From the NCBI GenBank assembly GCA_048882045.1, contig JBHLRZ010000008.1, forward strand, positions 1 through 64,000: a stretch of 64,000 bases of DNA. The letters are read 5' to 3'. Source of the stretch: Candidatus Thorarchaeota archaeon (lineage in GTDB: Archaea; Asgardarchaeota; Thorarchaeia; Thorarchaeales; Thorarchaeaceae). Positions 9,650 through 19,577 of the stretch are shown here, piece by piece. Below the pieces are notes generated by a model. The model was given only the letters and a program-made list of their open reading frames with translations, was not told where the DNA came from and made no database searches. Position 1 is the first letter of the stretch, and every line of letters starts with the position of its first letter. Made by a program: the position numbers and the translations under genes.

Positions 9650-11089
9650 TCAACCACTCCAGGTTGCAAGTTCTTTCACCATTTTCTTAGCGAAGTCATC
9701 AACATCTTGTTTCTCTTCTAGAATGAACTCATCCCCTGACAAGGAACCTTTTATCGTCCCCTCTCCAAGTAGGATGATCAGTGTTCGTCGCAGTATTCTG
9801 CGGTCCACTCCTGTTTCATTCTCAAGACGATGAACATCCAGTGTATCAGAACCAACAAGAAGGTCTCTAAGAGTGCCTTCAACTCTTTGAACATCCCGTT
9901 TTGAAGGCATGGGCATCTTCTTCTCGGTTTCCGTTCTAACAAACACATTACCGTCGATATGCCCTTCTATCGCATCACTCTGAATCATTGCCTGAAGGCT
10001 TCTACGAAGATTATACGCCGCTGGTCTTGGTAGTGTTCGTCTAAGTATTCGATCCAGTTCCTTGAGTTTGATTCTCTTGTGCTTCGATGTAATCGAATCA
10101 ATACTTTCTTGGATGTATTCTTCAATTACATATTCTTCAATCATCTCTAACTTGGCGCCGCATGAAGAGCAGGTTGACGCTTCCGGTGATGTTGGAGCAC
10201 CACAGTTTCCACATTTGATTGCTCTTCTATAAAGCACAGTTTTTGTTGATCCAATCTGCTGAAGGATCACCTTCTCAGTACGTGTCGCCTTGCCTGTGTC
10301 TTGAACCTCCCAGAAGCTCAGTTTCCTGTCCTTCGTACTTACAACAAGAAAAGCTACATCTGAGATATCATCAGGAATACCGGTAGCCATTGCTCTTGGT
10401 GTGTCACCAACATCGAGGCGAGTTACTTCGTTCCCATCAATGTCCCACATTCTCAGCGTCGAAGACTGGTCCCCAGTAATGAACATGGTCCGGTCACCAA
10501 ATGATAGCACTGCAAAGACTGACAGATGAGAACCGAGTTGAAGCTCTTTCAGCTGATATCCCGCAGCTGTTAGGACTGTGACAAGTCCTCTTTTGTCAGC
10601 TACAACTACTTCCAGTTCTGTATCCCTAGTAATGTCTTCCAACCAGACATCTGCAACAGGGTCTCTCATTGTTTTAGTGAAGATGGCATCTGTGTCATCA
10701 TTATAGAGAATTACTCTATTGTTCTGAAGTGCAACGACAACCTCGGCTGCATCATCACCATCAATGTCACGTGCATCACAGGCAACAATGTTACTCTCGA
10801 GGCGTATATTCCAGACTGGACTTCCCCTGTGGTCGACAACCAAGACCTTCTTTCCGACTCCTCCCACTAGAGCATCCTTTCCCTCCCCCTCTACGTCCCC
10901 AACAGCAATACATCTGACCTTGCTACTCCATTTTCTTGTGCTGCGAAGGGTACCTTGGGCATCAAAGACTCTCAACCTATCTCCATAGTCTAGCGAGAAT
11001 ATCTGAGTGCTAGCATCCTGTTTCTGACGAACGTACACAGAGTAGACGTTCGCAGATGTAGCCACCTCTGCAACCGAGCGAATCTTCAC
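9650..11089 (-). CDS. Beta-propeller (FG-GAP/WD40-like) + double Zn-ribbon + PCI-like winged-helix protein
   Basis: Repeats GDVEGEGKDALV, DIDGDDAAEVVV, DITRDTELEVVV; CGNCG..CSSCG; LQAMIQSDAIEGHIDG and LLGEGTIKGSLSG; GTG start at 11089 avoids overlap with the HDAC gene. Confidence 0.7.
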   Translation of the reverse strand: MKIRSVAEVATSANVYSVYVRQKQDASTQIFSLDYGDRLRVFDAQGTLRSTRKWSSKVRCIAVGDVEGEGKDALVGGVGKKVLVVDHRGSPVWNIRLESNIVACDARDIDGDDAAEVVVALQNNRVILYNDDTDAIFTKTMRDPVADVWLEDITRDTELEVVVADKRGLVTVLTAAGYQLKELQLGSHLSVFAVLSFGDRTMFITGDQSSTLRMWDIDGNEVTRLDVGDTPRAMATGIPDDISDVAFLVVSTKDRKLSFWEVQDTGKATRTEKVILQQIGSTKTVLYRRAIKCGNCGAPTSPEASTCSSCGAKLEMIEEYVIEEYIQESIDSITSKHKRIKLKELDRILRRTLPRPAAYNLRRSLQAMIQSDAIEGHIDGNVFVRTETEKKMPMPSKRDVQRVEGTLRDLLVGSDTLDVHRLENETGVDRRILRRTLIILLGEGTIKGSLSGDEFILEEKQDVDDFAKKMVKELATWSG

Positions 11090-11159
11090 TTTTTTACCTG
11101 CACCCTTATGCACACTTGTTCCTAAGCCATATAAGTGTGCACAGATTTCGAGCAGAACA

Positions 11160-12242
11160 ATGAAGAATGCTAACAAATGCAAGGTTGGTTTTGTCTGGAA
11201 CCCTTCATTGGAAACCTTCGATTTTGGAACGAAGCATCCAATCAAAGTGGGAAGATTTCAAATGGTACGTGATTTTCTGGCCGCACATGACTTCCTTGAT
11301 CAATCTAACGTTGAGATTCTAAAACCCGAACCACTTTCTGATGACTTGTTGAAGAAGATCCACGCACAGAAGTATCTGGATGCTGTTCGCAGAATGTCTG
11401 AAACCGGTGAAGGTGAGATTGCCATCGACACGCCTGCATTTCTTGGTATATATGACAATGCGAGCATCACTTCTGGAGCTACTGTAACTGGAGTAAGGGC
11501 TGTTGCCAGCGGGAAGGTGAACCATTTCTTATCTCCTACTGGCGGATTCCATCATGCAAAGTTTGAATGGGGCGGAGGATTCTGTATCTTCAATGATGTT
11601 GCTGCTGCTGTATACAAGTTGAAGGATTTTGGTTACCAGAAAATTCTCATTGCTGACTTCGATGTTCATCACGGAAATGGAACTCAGACATATTTCTATG
11701 ATGATCCCAAGGTCATGCAGATTTCGTTCCACGAGGAACCAGAATGGATGTATCCCCATGATGGTTTCATAGATGATATCGGTGAAGGTCCCGGTCGTGG
11801 ATTCAATATCAACGTACCTTTTCCAATGGACTCATGCGATGGTGTATATCGATATGCGTTTGATGAGATTGTACCACCACTCATCGAGTTTTTCCAACCT
11901 GACTTCACCATCTTTTTACCCGGTTTCGATGCCCATTACATGGATCGTCTTGCACACCTTAATCTAACCACTGACCTGATTCGATACATTACTGAATTCT
12001 TTCATAATGCTGCACATAGACTAAGTGAAGGTCGTCTTGGTGTCTTAGCTGGGGGTGGATATACAAATGACTCCTTCAAGTGGGGACTTGGGGTTGTCAT
12101 GTCGATCCTTACTGGGTTCGATTATGAACCACCCAAACAAGAACCACCCTACGATGATGATGAAGAAACATGGGATTTGGTACGTGCCAATGTAGAGAAA
12201 ATCAAGAAACTAGTCTTTCCTTTACATGACATCCCATATTGA
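11160..12242 (+). CDS. Histone deacetylase / AcuC family Zn-dependent deacetylase
   Basis: HP, GGFHHA, GFCIFND, DFDVHHGNG, GFDAH, GGGY motifs. Confidence 0.93.
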   Translation: MKNANKCKVGFVWNPSLETFDFGTKHPIKVGRFQMVRDFLAAHDFLDQSNVEILKPEPLSDDLLKKIHAQKYLDAVRRMSETGEGEIAIDTPAFLGIYDNASITSGATVTGVRAVASGKVNHFLSPTGGFHHAKFEWGGGFCIFNDVAAAVYKLKDFGYQKILIADFDVHHGNGTQTYFYDDPKVMQISFHEEPEWMYPHDGFIDDIGEGPGRGFNINVPFPMDSCDGVYRYAFDEIVPPLIEFFQPDFTIFLPGFDAHYMDRLAHLNLTTDLIRYITEFFHNAAHRLSEGRLGVLAGGGYTNDSFKWGLGVVMSILTGFDYEPPKQEPPYDDDEETWDLVRANVEKIKKLVFPLHDIPY

Positions 12243-12356
12243 CGCCAATCTAACATAGTCATGAAGGATACCCTCTTAATGACCCTTGTCAGGTTTCTAT
12301 AGAAGGATGTATATGAGGTTCTGACAAAAGTGCGAGAATAACCTGGAGTTTCGGTC

Positions 12357-13718
12357 ATGCTAGTGAGAGAAGATGTATGCAATCCTTCGAGGTGCTCATT
12401 AGAGTGTGTGAGTGCTTGTAGGACCGTGCATGGTGCTGTTGAAACACCACTCGTCTTTCATGGAGAACTCAATCATCCGACCATCAATTCAGCCAGCTGC
12501 ACCCTATGTCTTGCTTGTCTTCGTACATGTCCGTTCAATGCAATCTCTCTTTCCTCTCAAATATCCGTTACGAAAGATTTTGGACCTTGGGCTGATGTCC
12601 CTCTGTCTGAAACCCGTCCGTACGAAGTCGAATCTTCAATCTCTCCTATGTCTGAAGCAGACACAATTTTTGCTAGGGTCCAGTATGATCCGGAGTATGA
12701 ATTCTATCAAAAGACGGAGTTTTCCGGCGCTGAAGTCATGATTGGTAAGAATATTCCTGGCTATGGTCGTTTCGAAAACGAACTTAGTATTGCCGCTTGG
12801 AAGCTCTATGATTCGCGTGAATCGATTAAAAGATCAGGTATCGGTCTCGACTCAGATGCAAGGGAGCAGGGAGAGATTCATGAGAAACATTCTAAGACAC
12901 TCACTTCCATGGTTAAAAAAGCGGCAAAGTTCTTTGGAGCTAGCATGGTAGGAGTCGCTCCTCTGGATCGGAATTGGATTTATTCCGTGAACAGAAGAGG
13001 AGAGCCATATGATGTTCCTGATAGCTATCAATTTGCCATAGTCATGGCTGTTGAAATGGACTATGATGCGATTGCCACATCACCTGCTTTCACAAGTTCT
13101 GCAGCGACAGGTCTAGGTTATTCAATGATGGCATTCATTGAGCTCGAACTTGCAGCATTCGTTCAGCGACTGGGATACAATGCGATTACTTGTGGGAATA
13201 ATGTCGCACTTAGTGTGCCACTTGCGATTGATGCAGGACTTGGACAATATGGTCGGCATGGTCTTCTGATTACAAAACCATATGGTCCTCGAGTCAGAAT
13301 TGCCAAAATTCTCACAGACATGCCTCTAAAGAGAGACTATCCTGACCCAGGTTTTTGCAGATCTGTTATACAGTTTTGTGAAACTTGTAAAAAATGTGCA
13401 ACTAATTGCCCTTCACAATCAATCCCATATTACAAGGAACAGACTTGGCAAGGAACATCCAAATCAAACAACTCCGGCATCAAGAAATGGTATGTCGATG
13501 TGGAGAGCTGCTACGGATTTTGGGTGGAGAATGGATCAGAGTGCTCTAACTGTATTCGATCGTGTCCATTTAACAAGAAAGATGGTTTCTTCCATCGGAC
13601 TGTTCTTTGGCTTGTCCAACATATGTCTTGGTTGAATCGTCTGATTGTATTAATGGATGATTTTGCTGGCTATGGGAAACAAAAGGACAGTAGTACATTT
13701 TGGAAAAAATTCAGGTGA
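12357..13718 (+). CDS. rdhA: Reductive dehalogenase-like corrinoid Fe-S protein with N-terminal RLI-type ferredoxin domain
   Basis: VKKAAKFFGASMVG, AIDAGLGQYGRHGLLIT..YGPRVR, FCETCKKCATNCP, CYGFW..ECSNCIRSCP. Confidence 0.8.
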   Translation: MLVREDVCNPSRCSLECVSACRTVHGAVETPLVFHGELNHPTINSASCTLCLACLRTCPFNAISLSSQISVTKDFGPWADVPLSETRPYEVESSISPMSEADTIFARVQYDPEYEFYQKTEFSGAEVMIGKNIPGYGRFENELSIAAWKLYDSRESIKRSGIGLDSDAREQGEIHEKHSKTLTSMVKKAAKFFGASMVGVAPLDRNWIYSVNRRGEPYDVPDSYQFAIVMAVEMDYDAIATSPAFTSSAATGLGYSMMAFIELELAAFVQRLGYNAITCGNNVALSVPLAIDAGLGQYGRHGLLITKPYGPRVRIAKILTDMPLKRDYPDPGFCRSVIQFCETCKKCATNCPSQSIPYYKEQTWQGTSKSNNSGIKKWYVDVESCYGFWVENGSECSNCIRSCPFNKKDGFFHRTVLWLVQHMSWLNRLIVLMDDFAGYGKQKDSSTFWKKFR

Positions 13719-13833
13719 TTTATTCACCTACGGAAGGCATAATTGTTGTTTCTGTAGCTTTTGAATTAAAACCATTCAAATAATACAATGTGATTTATGA
13801 CAGCCAAACTAAGAATAAACCGCATTCGGGAGT

Positions 13834-15315
13834 ATGGGTAATTTGTCTAAAAAGACAAGGAAACGGACCTCAAAAGAAAAATCCCCTAAGACTCATAAGA
13901 AGGAACCCGAACTCCCTGCTGTTAACGACGATATCCTATATGATATCTTGAATAACTCTCACGAAGGAATAGCGATTGTAGGCGATGACTACAAACTTGA
14001 ATATGTAAATGAGAAGACCTGTCAAATTTTTCGGGGACATCCAAAAGACCTTCTCGGTCATGACTTCAGAAAATTCATCAAACAGGACATGGCGAAAATT
14101 GTTGCTGAAAGATATACCACAAGACAACAAGGAAAAGACGTGCCAAATGAGTATTCGATTGAGATCATTAGAAAAGACGGGTCAGTTGGAACAGCAGAAT
14201 TGAAAATTACTACGACTGTTGGTCCTGATGGTAAGTCAAAGACTATTGCTCATGTCCTTGATGTCACTGAACTAGTTGCTGAAACAGAAGCTTTCGAGGA
14301 ATCAGAAACCCGCTATCAGATGCTAGTAGAAACCATGAAAGATGGTCTTGTAATTGATGATGCTGATGGTAATTTTGTATACACGAATGATGCATTCTGC
14401 GATATGATTGGATATTCGCCTGATGAATTAATAGGACGTCCATGGATAGAATATACTCACGAAATGGATCCTGAAAAACTCATACAGAAAATCTCAGATC
14501 GCAAATCGGGTAAGTCTGAGAGTTATGAGCTTTATTGGATAACTAAGACCGGCGACCTAGTACCCACCATAATCTCAGCGACTCCCCACATAGACAGGGA
14601 TGGAAAATTCGTAGGGACCTTCGCAGTTGTCACTGAAATATCTGCTCAGAAGGATGCTGAAGAAACTGTCCAGTTCTACCTTGATTTACTCTCTCATGAT
14701 ATCGCAAACCAACTACAGGTGATAATGACAAGTAGTGGAATGCTCGAAGAAGAAGTACCTCCTTCTTACGTAGATGAGGCCAGACAAGATATCCTAGATG
14801 CTGTTGAGCGTTGCAATCGACTCATCACCAAGGTCAAGCGGGCTGCCCAGATACGAAACATACCTCTTTCAAAAATAGATGCGATTCCAGTCCTCAAAGA
14901 AAAAATCAAGATTCTCGAACGTGTCTATGGCGCTAGCGTACACGCAGAGGGCTTGAAGAAGAAGTTCATTGTCGAAGCTGACGTTTTACTCGGTGAGATG
15001 ATTTGGAACCTATTGGAAAATGCTGCAAGGCATAATCCCAAAGATGAGAAGCAGGTCTGGGTCTCTTGTGAAACAACAAATGGAGCTTATAGACTCATTG
15101 TTGCTGACGATGGTTCAGGACTTAGTGACATGAGGAAGAAACTCCTCTTTTCTGAGAGAAAGTATGGTGGCGGTGTTGGTCTGACGCTGGTGAGTCAGAT
15201 GATTCGTAAATACGGAGGATCAATTGAAGTCACAGATCGAGTCGATGGTCAACCTGAATTAGGGTCCAAGTTCATTGTCACCCTGAAGCAAGCCACTCCA
15301 AGAAAGAAGCGCTGA
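13834..15315 (+). CDS. Cytoplasmic PAS-PAS sensor histidine kinase
   Basis: Two PAS/PAC repeats; H-box LSHDIANQL; N-box NLLENAARH; DDGSG and GVGL boxes. Confidence 0.92.
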   Translation: MGNLSKKTRKRTSKEKSPKTHKKEPELPAVNDDILYDILNNSHEGIAIVGDDYKLEYVNEKTCQIFRGHPKDLLGHDFRKFIKQDMAKIVAERYTTRQQGKDVPNEYSIEIIRKDGSVGTAELKITTTVGPDGKSKTIAHVLDVTELVAETEAFEESETRYQMLVETMKDGLVIDDADGNFVYTNDAFCDMIGYSPDELIGRPWIEYTHEMDPEKLIQKISDRKSGKSESYELYWITKTGDLVPTIISATPHIDRDGKFVGTFAVVTEISAQKDAEETVQFYLDLLSHDIANQLQVIMTSSGMLEEEVPPSYVDEARQDILDAVERCNRLITKVKRAAQIRNIPLSKIDAIPVLKEKIKILERVYGASVHAEGLKKKFIVEADVLLGEMIWNLLENAARHNPKDEKQVWVSCETTNGAYRLIVADDGSGLSDMRKKLLFSERKYGGGVGLTLVSQMIRKYGGSIEVTDRVDGQPELGSKFIVTLKQATPRKKR

Positions 15316-15319
15316 TCCA

Positions 15320-15604
15320 TCAGATTCTGTTTTCGATTCTCTTGTAAAGTCCTTCAAAGAATTCTTTCTTCTTTATATCATTGATTTTGAAGAAGTTGGT
15401 CTTGATGCGATAGAGTCTGTTCTTGACTTCATCATATTTCTTCAATGTCTTCTTACGGACAGCAGTATCAATGACTGCTGTAACCTTCTCTGGAAAGGTA
15501 TCGATATATTGACATCTGTTTATCTGGATGTGAAAAAGAGTGCTTTTCAGGATGTCAGTTCTAGAGATACATCTAGTCTCTACGGTCATATGCACGGTCC
15601 CCAT
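15320..15604 (-). CDS. Small basic hypothetical protein
   Basis: 94-aa ORF filling the gap between flanking genes; no recognisable motif. Confidence 0.55.
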   Translation of the reverse strand: MGTVHMTVETRCISRTDILKSTLFHIQINRCQYIDTFPEKVTAVIDTAVRKKTLKKYDEVKNRLYRIKTNFFKINDIKKKEFFEGLYKRIENRI

Positions 15605-15728
15605 TTACTGGAGGCTGGTTATTTCTTAAGAAGATTCTAGAAAAAGCATTCATTAAATCTAGTAATACTCTCCGTACTTTAGGAGTTGGAGTTTTATATT
15701 GCTTAGAGATATTCAGACATGAGTAGAC

Positions 15729-16427
15729 ATGCGTGTTGCGTCAGTAATCGATATCAGCTTGGTTGATGTTCCTAGAATTCCTGTAACAGTTCTCTTTACT
15801 GCTGGTTGCAACATGGATTGTTCTTTCTGTCAGAACGCTGAAATCATCCCAAGAAATTCTGGGCAAGAAATGGAGCTTCCAGATATTGTCACTAAACTTA
15901 CTGGAAACCTGACTGACGGTTATTGCATAACAGGTGGAGAGCCAACTATCCAACGAGACCTTCCCGAACTCCTTAATTTAATTCGAGAACAGGAGGTATC
16001 CAAACATATCAATCTCAATACTCAAGGAACCAGACCCGAAGTTCTTGAACAATGCCTCCCTTTTTTGGATTCGGTATGGTTTGATATTAAAACAACTCCT
16101 CAACGGTACGCTGAGGTTTGTCGAGTCCGGCTCAATCCATGGCCCAAGGTTAAGACTAGTATCGATCTTCTAGTGGATTCCGATATCAAGTTCTGGCCGC
16201 GTACTACCTATGTTGGTGGTTTGATTAGCTACCATGAATTATTAGATATTGCTGAGATTCTATTGGATTTTGGATACAGAGGGGACTATCTAATCCAGAA
16301 TTTCAAGAAATCCTCGGGAACTCGAGCACATGACGTGTCGACCTACTATGAACCTGAGATATCCGAAATTGAACAGATAGTTGACCAGATTCCTCAAGGA
16401 ATTAACCTGAAACTAGAATGGCGATAA
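15729..16427 (+). CDS. nrdG: Radical SAM anaerobic ribonucleotide reductase activase-like protein
   Basis: ISLVDVP..VLFTAGCNMDCSFCQN, ITGGEPT. Confidence 0.75.
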   Translation: MRVASVIDISLVDVPRIPVTVLFTAGCNMDCSFCQNAEIIPRNSGQEMELPDIVTKLTGNLTDGYCITGGEPTIQRDLPELLNLIREQEVSKHINLNTQGTRPEVLEQCLPFLDSVWFDIKTTPQRYAEVCRVRLNPWPKVKTSIDLLVDSDIKFWPRTTYVGGLISYHELLDIAEILLDFGYRGDYLIQNFKKSSGTRAHDVSTYYEPEISEIEQIVDQIPQGINLKLEWR

Positions 16428-16532
16428 GCGTCAATGTAGCGAACACACAGACAACCTTTTAAACGCCCTAGGATTGACGTTCATTTGACAACGCCAGACG
16501 TTAGGTCTTATATTGTTGGAGAATTTCAAACC

Positions 16533-17279
16533 ATGTTTCCTTCTCAGCAGTCAATGGCTTATGATCGATCGTTCACAATCTTTAGTCCTGAGGGACGATT
16601 ATACCAAGTAGAATATGCTATGGAAGCGGTTCGTCATGGACCACTAGCTGTAGGTGTCAAAGCTGTTGACGGAGTGGTTCTTGTGGGTGAGAAAAGGGCT
16701 CCCCACTCATTGGCAGACCTTGCTTCACTCAGGAAGATCGTTCTTATTGATGATCATATTGGGACTGCAATTGCCGGTCTTCACGCAGATGCTAGAAGGT
16801 TGATCAATGAGGCTAGAGTAAATGCTCAACTGTTCCGAATAAGCTATGATGAACCTACATCTATACACTCGCTTGTTGTTGAGTTATGCGACCTGAAGCA
16901 GGCACATACCCAATATGGCAATTATGGACGACCTTTTGGAGTTTCTCTATTGGTTGCAGGTGTCGATGATGATGGTCCAAATCTCTATACAACCGATCCT
17001 TCTGGCTCATTCTGGGGTTGGAAAGCTACTGCAATTGGAAAGGATGCTGATGTGGTTCGTGATTTCTTCCAAGAAAAGTACAAACCGACAATGAACCTTG
17101 CAGCGGCTCAGAAACTGGCTATTGAAGGTCTGTTGAAAGTGAGTGAAAAGGGTGATGCCACTCCTGAGGAACTTGCTGAATTTATTGAGATTGGGGCCAT
17201 TAATACGACTGATAAAATGTTCAAGATTTTCAGTCAGGATGAGGTCACTGCAGCACTTCGTGCCCATCTATCTGCTTGA
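16533..17279 (+). CDS. psmA: Proteasome alpha subunit
   Basis: YDRSFTIFSPEGRLYQVEYA signature, RPFGVSLLVAG, TDPSG. Confidence 0.96.
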   Translation: MFPSQQSMAYDRSFTIFSPEGRLYQVEYAMEAVRHGPLAVGVKAVDGVVLVGEKRAPHSLADLASLRKIVLIDDHIGTAIAGLHADARRLINEARVNAQLFRISYDEPTSIHSLVVELCDLKQAHTQYGNYGRPFGVSLLVAGVDDDGPNLYTTDPSGSFWGWKATAIGKDADVVRDFFQEKYKPTMNLAAAQKLAIEGLLKVSEKGDATPEELAEFIEIGAINTTDKMFKIFSQDEVTAALRAHLSA

Positions 17280-18164
17280 TTGGTCAACTAATCTGTCAAT
17301 AATTAGAGATGCAACATCAATCCCTGTCACTCGTGAGAGAGCACTCCATGAAGGAGCTGCATTTGCTTCGATGACACATGGTCCATCTTTTGATTCTATT
17401 ATATCTACTCCAGTGTAGTCTAGGTTTAACACTTCAGCTACTCGAATTGCGCACTCCTCGTACTCGGGTGTCAACTGCGCGATTTCTGCATTGCCTCCAC
17501 CATGTACATTAGTTCTCCACTCGTCCTGAACATTATCTGGGACATACCGATACATGGCTCCAATTAGTTTCCCACCAATCACGAAGCCACGGATATCTCG
17601 ATTTGGTTTCTCAACAAGTTCTTGGATGTAGAGGACCTGACCAAGCTGATGAATGAACTTCATTGCACGATAAGCTAGCTCTGGATGGTCTGATCTGATA
17701 GCACCCATACCCCGAGCACCGATCAATGGCTTGATAACAACTTCCCCCACCTCTTCTACGAAATTGATCGCTGCTTCTAGATTCTCCCCTATGTATGTAC
17801 GTGGAACACGAATTCCAGCTTTATTCAGTGCTGTGAGTGTTGCATACTTGTCCTTTGCACGTCGGAACGAGTATGCTGGATTCATCACATAAATCCCTGC
17901 ATCTTCAAAGTGTTCCAGAAGACTAATTCTGAAAGTTATCTGATCTCCAGTTCCAAATCCAATTGTCCTTACTATCACTCCATCCATATTGGAAACATCT
18001 TCCTCATCAAGGTAAGTGAATTTGTTTGGAATCTCAGCCGCAATCTCGGGGAGTCTAAATGGCTTGGGTGTATGGCCATTTGCTTTGATTGCATCTATCA
18101 GACCCTTTGTTGCCCAGTTATTCACATTCTCATGATAGATTATGCCGAATAAAAGACCAGACAT
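17268..18164 (-). CDS. RimK-family ATP-grasp alpha-L-glutamate ligase (MptN-like)
   Basis: DKY, VIKPLIGARGMG, YIQE, WRTNVHGGG, GVDI, EANAAP; DQITFR segment. Confidence 0.85.
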   Translation of the reverse strand: MSGLLFGIIYHENVNNWATKGLIDAIKANGHTPKPFRLPEIAAEIPNKFTYLDEEDVSNMDGVIVRTIGFGTGDQITFRISLLEHFEDAGIYVMNPAYSFRRAKDKYATLTALNKAGIRVPRTYIGENLEAAINFVEEVGEVVIKPLIGARGMGAIRSDHPELAYRAMKFIHQLGQVLYIQELVEKPNRDIRGFVIGGKLIGAMYRYVPDNVQDEWRTNVHGGGNAEIAQLTPEYEECAIRVAEVLNLDYTGVDIIESKDGPCVIEANAAPSWSALSRVTGIDVASLIIDRLVDQSSR

Positions 18165-18284
18165 ATGAATCATCTCGCAACTGATGAACAACTGACTCAT
18201 AGTCCTGTTAAAAGGTCTGTCCAAATTGATGAGTGGTCCATGGAAAAAGGTTCGAATGCACTTAATCAAGACAGTGTGACAAAC

Positions 18285-18950
18285 TTATGATGTCATCTGC
18301 CCTACAAAACTGACTACTAGGTCTTCGAATTGTTCTAACTCATGGATGAAAGAGTTCAGCTTGAAGACTGGGACAACTGGAACTCCTTCATGGAACTCGA
18401 CTTCCTCTACGAGCCAAGTGACTATCACTGGGAATATAGTATATGGACCTTGAGTCAATGTTGGAAGTTTCTTAGAGAGCCTGTCCAACTCATTTGATAG
18501 CTCGGATGTCCTTGTCTTCTGTTTTTCCGCCGCGATCTTTAAAGCTGATGCTTTTCCTCCACGTACTCCCCACATTTTTGCATCAACTGCGATTATTGTT
18601 CTTCCTCGGATACCTACTACATCTATCTCCATCCCTTGAATCTCAGAGTTACCACGTCTTCTAAAACTCTCCACACACTTGTAGCTGTTCTCGGAGAGAA
18701 TTCCTGCAACAAATCCTTCGAAGTCTTTCCATGTTAGAAGCTCAATAATCTCTGAAACTTTCGCACCACCAGTCACAGCAGTCATTGCGAGATCAATCCT
18801 CTTGTTCCTGTCTATACTAAAGGGAGAGGTTGAAGGAATTCCTAATTGACCGAGTAATTCTTTGTTCAAAGATTTGATATCTGATACTTCATTGCCTTCT
18901 TTCGATTGTTTGAGTAGTTCATTTATTGTTTGGATGATATCTGATGACAT
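18285..18950 (-). CDS. PD-(D/E)XK restriction-endonuclease-like protein (Mrr/NERD-like)
   Basis: WKDFEGFVA..L, EIDVVG, VDAKMW. Confidence 0.7.
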   Translation of the reverse strand: MSSDIIQTINELLKQSKEGNEVSDIKSLNKELLGQLGIPSTSPFSIDRNKRIDLAMTAVTGGAKVSEIIELLTWKDFEGFVAGILSENSYKCVESFRRRGNSEIQGMEIDVVGIRGRTIIAVDAKMWGVRGGKASALKIAAEKQKTRTSELSNELDRLSKKLPTLTQGPYTIFPVIVTWLVEEVEFHEGVPVVPVFKLNSFIHELEQFEDLVVSFVGQMTS

Positions 18951-19014
18951 ATTCGTATTGTCAACATCGCGCTAGTTTATAACACCAATTGATGACAGGG
19001 AATTAGGTGGTCCG

Positions 19015-19503
19015 ATGTCAAGTCACGAAGGTTGGCGACGTGTACTCCAGGCTTTCGAAGACTGGATCTCTTATGAGAGTACTGAGTTTGGTCCATATAC
19101 AGGTTATTTTTCACTTGAGAACCTGCGAGACCTCACAAGCCGAGAACGTCTAGACTGGATGTCATCGATGTACGAAGAGATAATCCCTAGGCGAGTGGAT
19201 AGGTGCAGAGCTGCTCAGGTAGCATTCGAAGACTTTCTTCCCTACATGCCTGATCCAGCAGCCCGAGATGTAGTTCAATCAATGATAGATTTGACATTAG
19301 TTCTAGCAGGTGATATCCTCGGAATGAGTGACACCTTCCATTCCATGAGAGAGGAATATCAAGAAAGCGGGATGGATGAGATTGTACCCTACCTCTCAGA
19401 CCTTGCAGACATGGAGGAAAGCATCCGTCATCACATGAGTCTATTTAGTCAGGGATTTGGCAAACTCCGATCAATGGGACTTGAGATGCCAGACATTGAA
19501 TAG
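19015..19503 (+). CDS. Hypothetical alpha-helical protein
   Basis: 162-aa ORF preceded by AGGTGG SD-like element. Confidence 0.7.
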   Translation: MSSHEGWRRVLQAFEDWISYESTEFGPYTGYFSLENLRDLTSRERLDWMSSMYEEIIPRRVDRCRAAQVAFEDFLPYMPDPAARDVVQSMIDLTLVLAGDILGMSDTFHSMREEYQESGMDEIVPYLSDLADMEESIRHHMSLFSQGFGKLRSMGLEMPDIE

Positions 19504-19577
19504 TCACGTGGCTGGAAAGATTTAAGTGATTATTTCCTAGACGGACTTTTGACTAAACCAACGAGGTGAAAAACGCA

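Noticed and set aside
15729-16427. NrdG-like activase without adjacent nrdD
   Set aside because: Separation of activase and reductase genes is common in archaea, so this is not informative
18285-18950. Possible restriction/defence island
   Set aside because: Solitary nuclease-fold gene among housekeeping genes, with no methyltransferase or other defence genes
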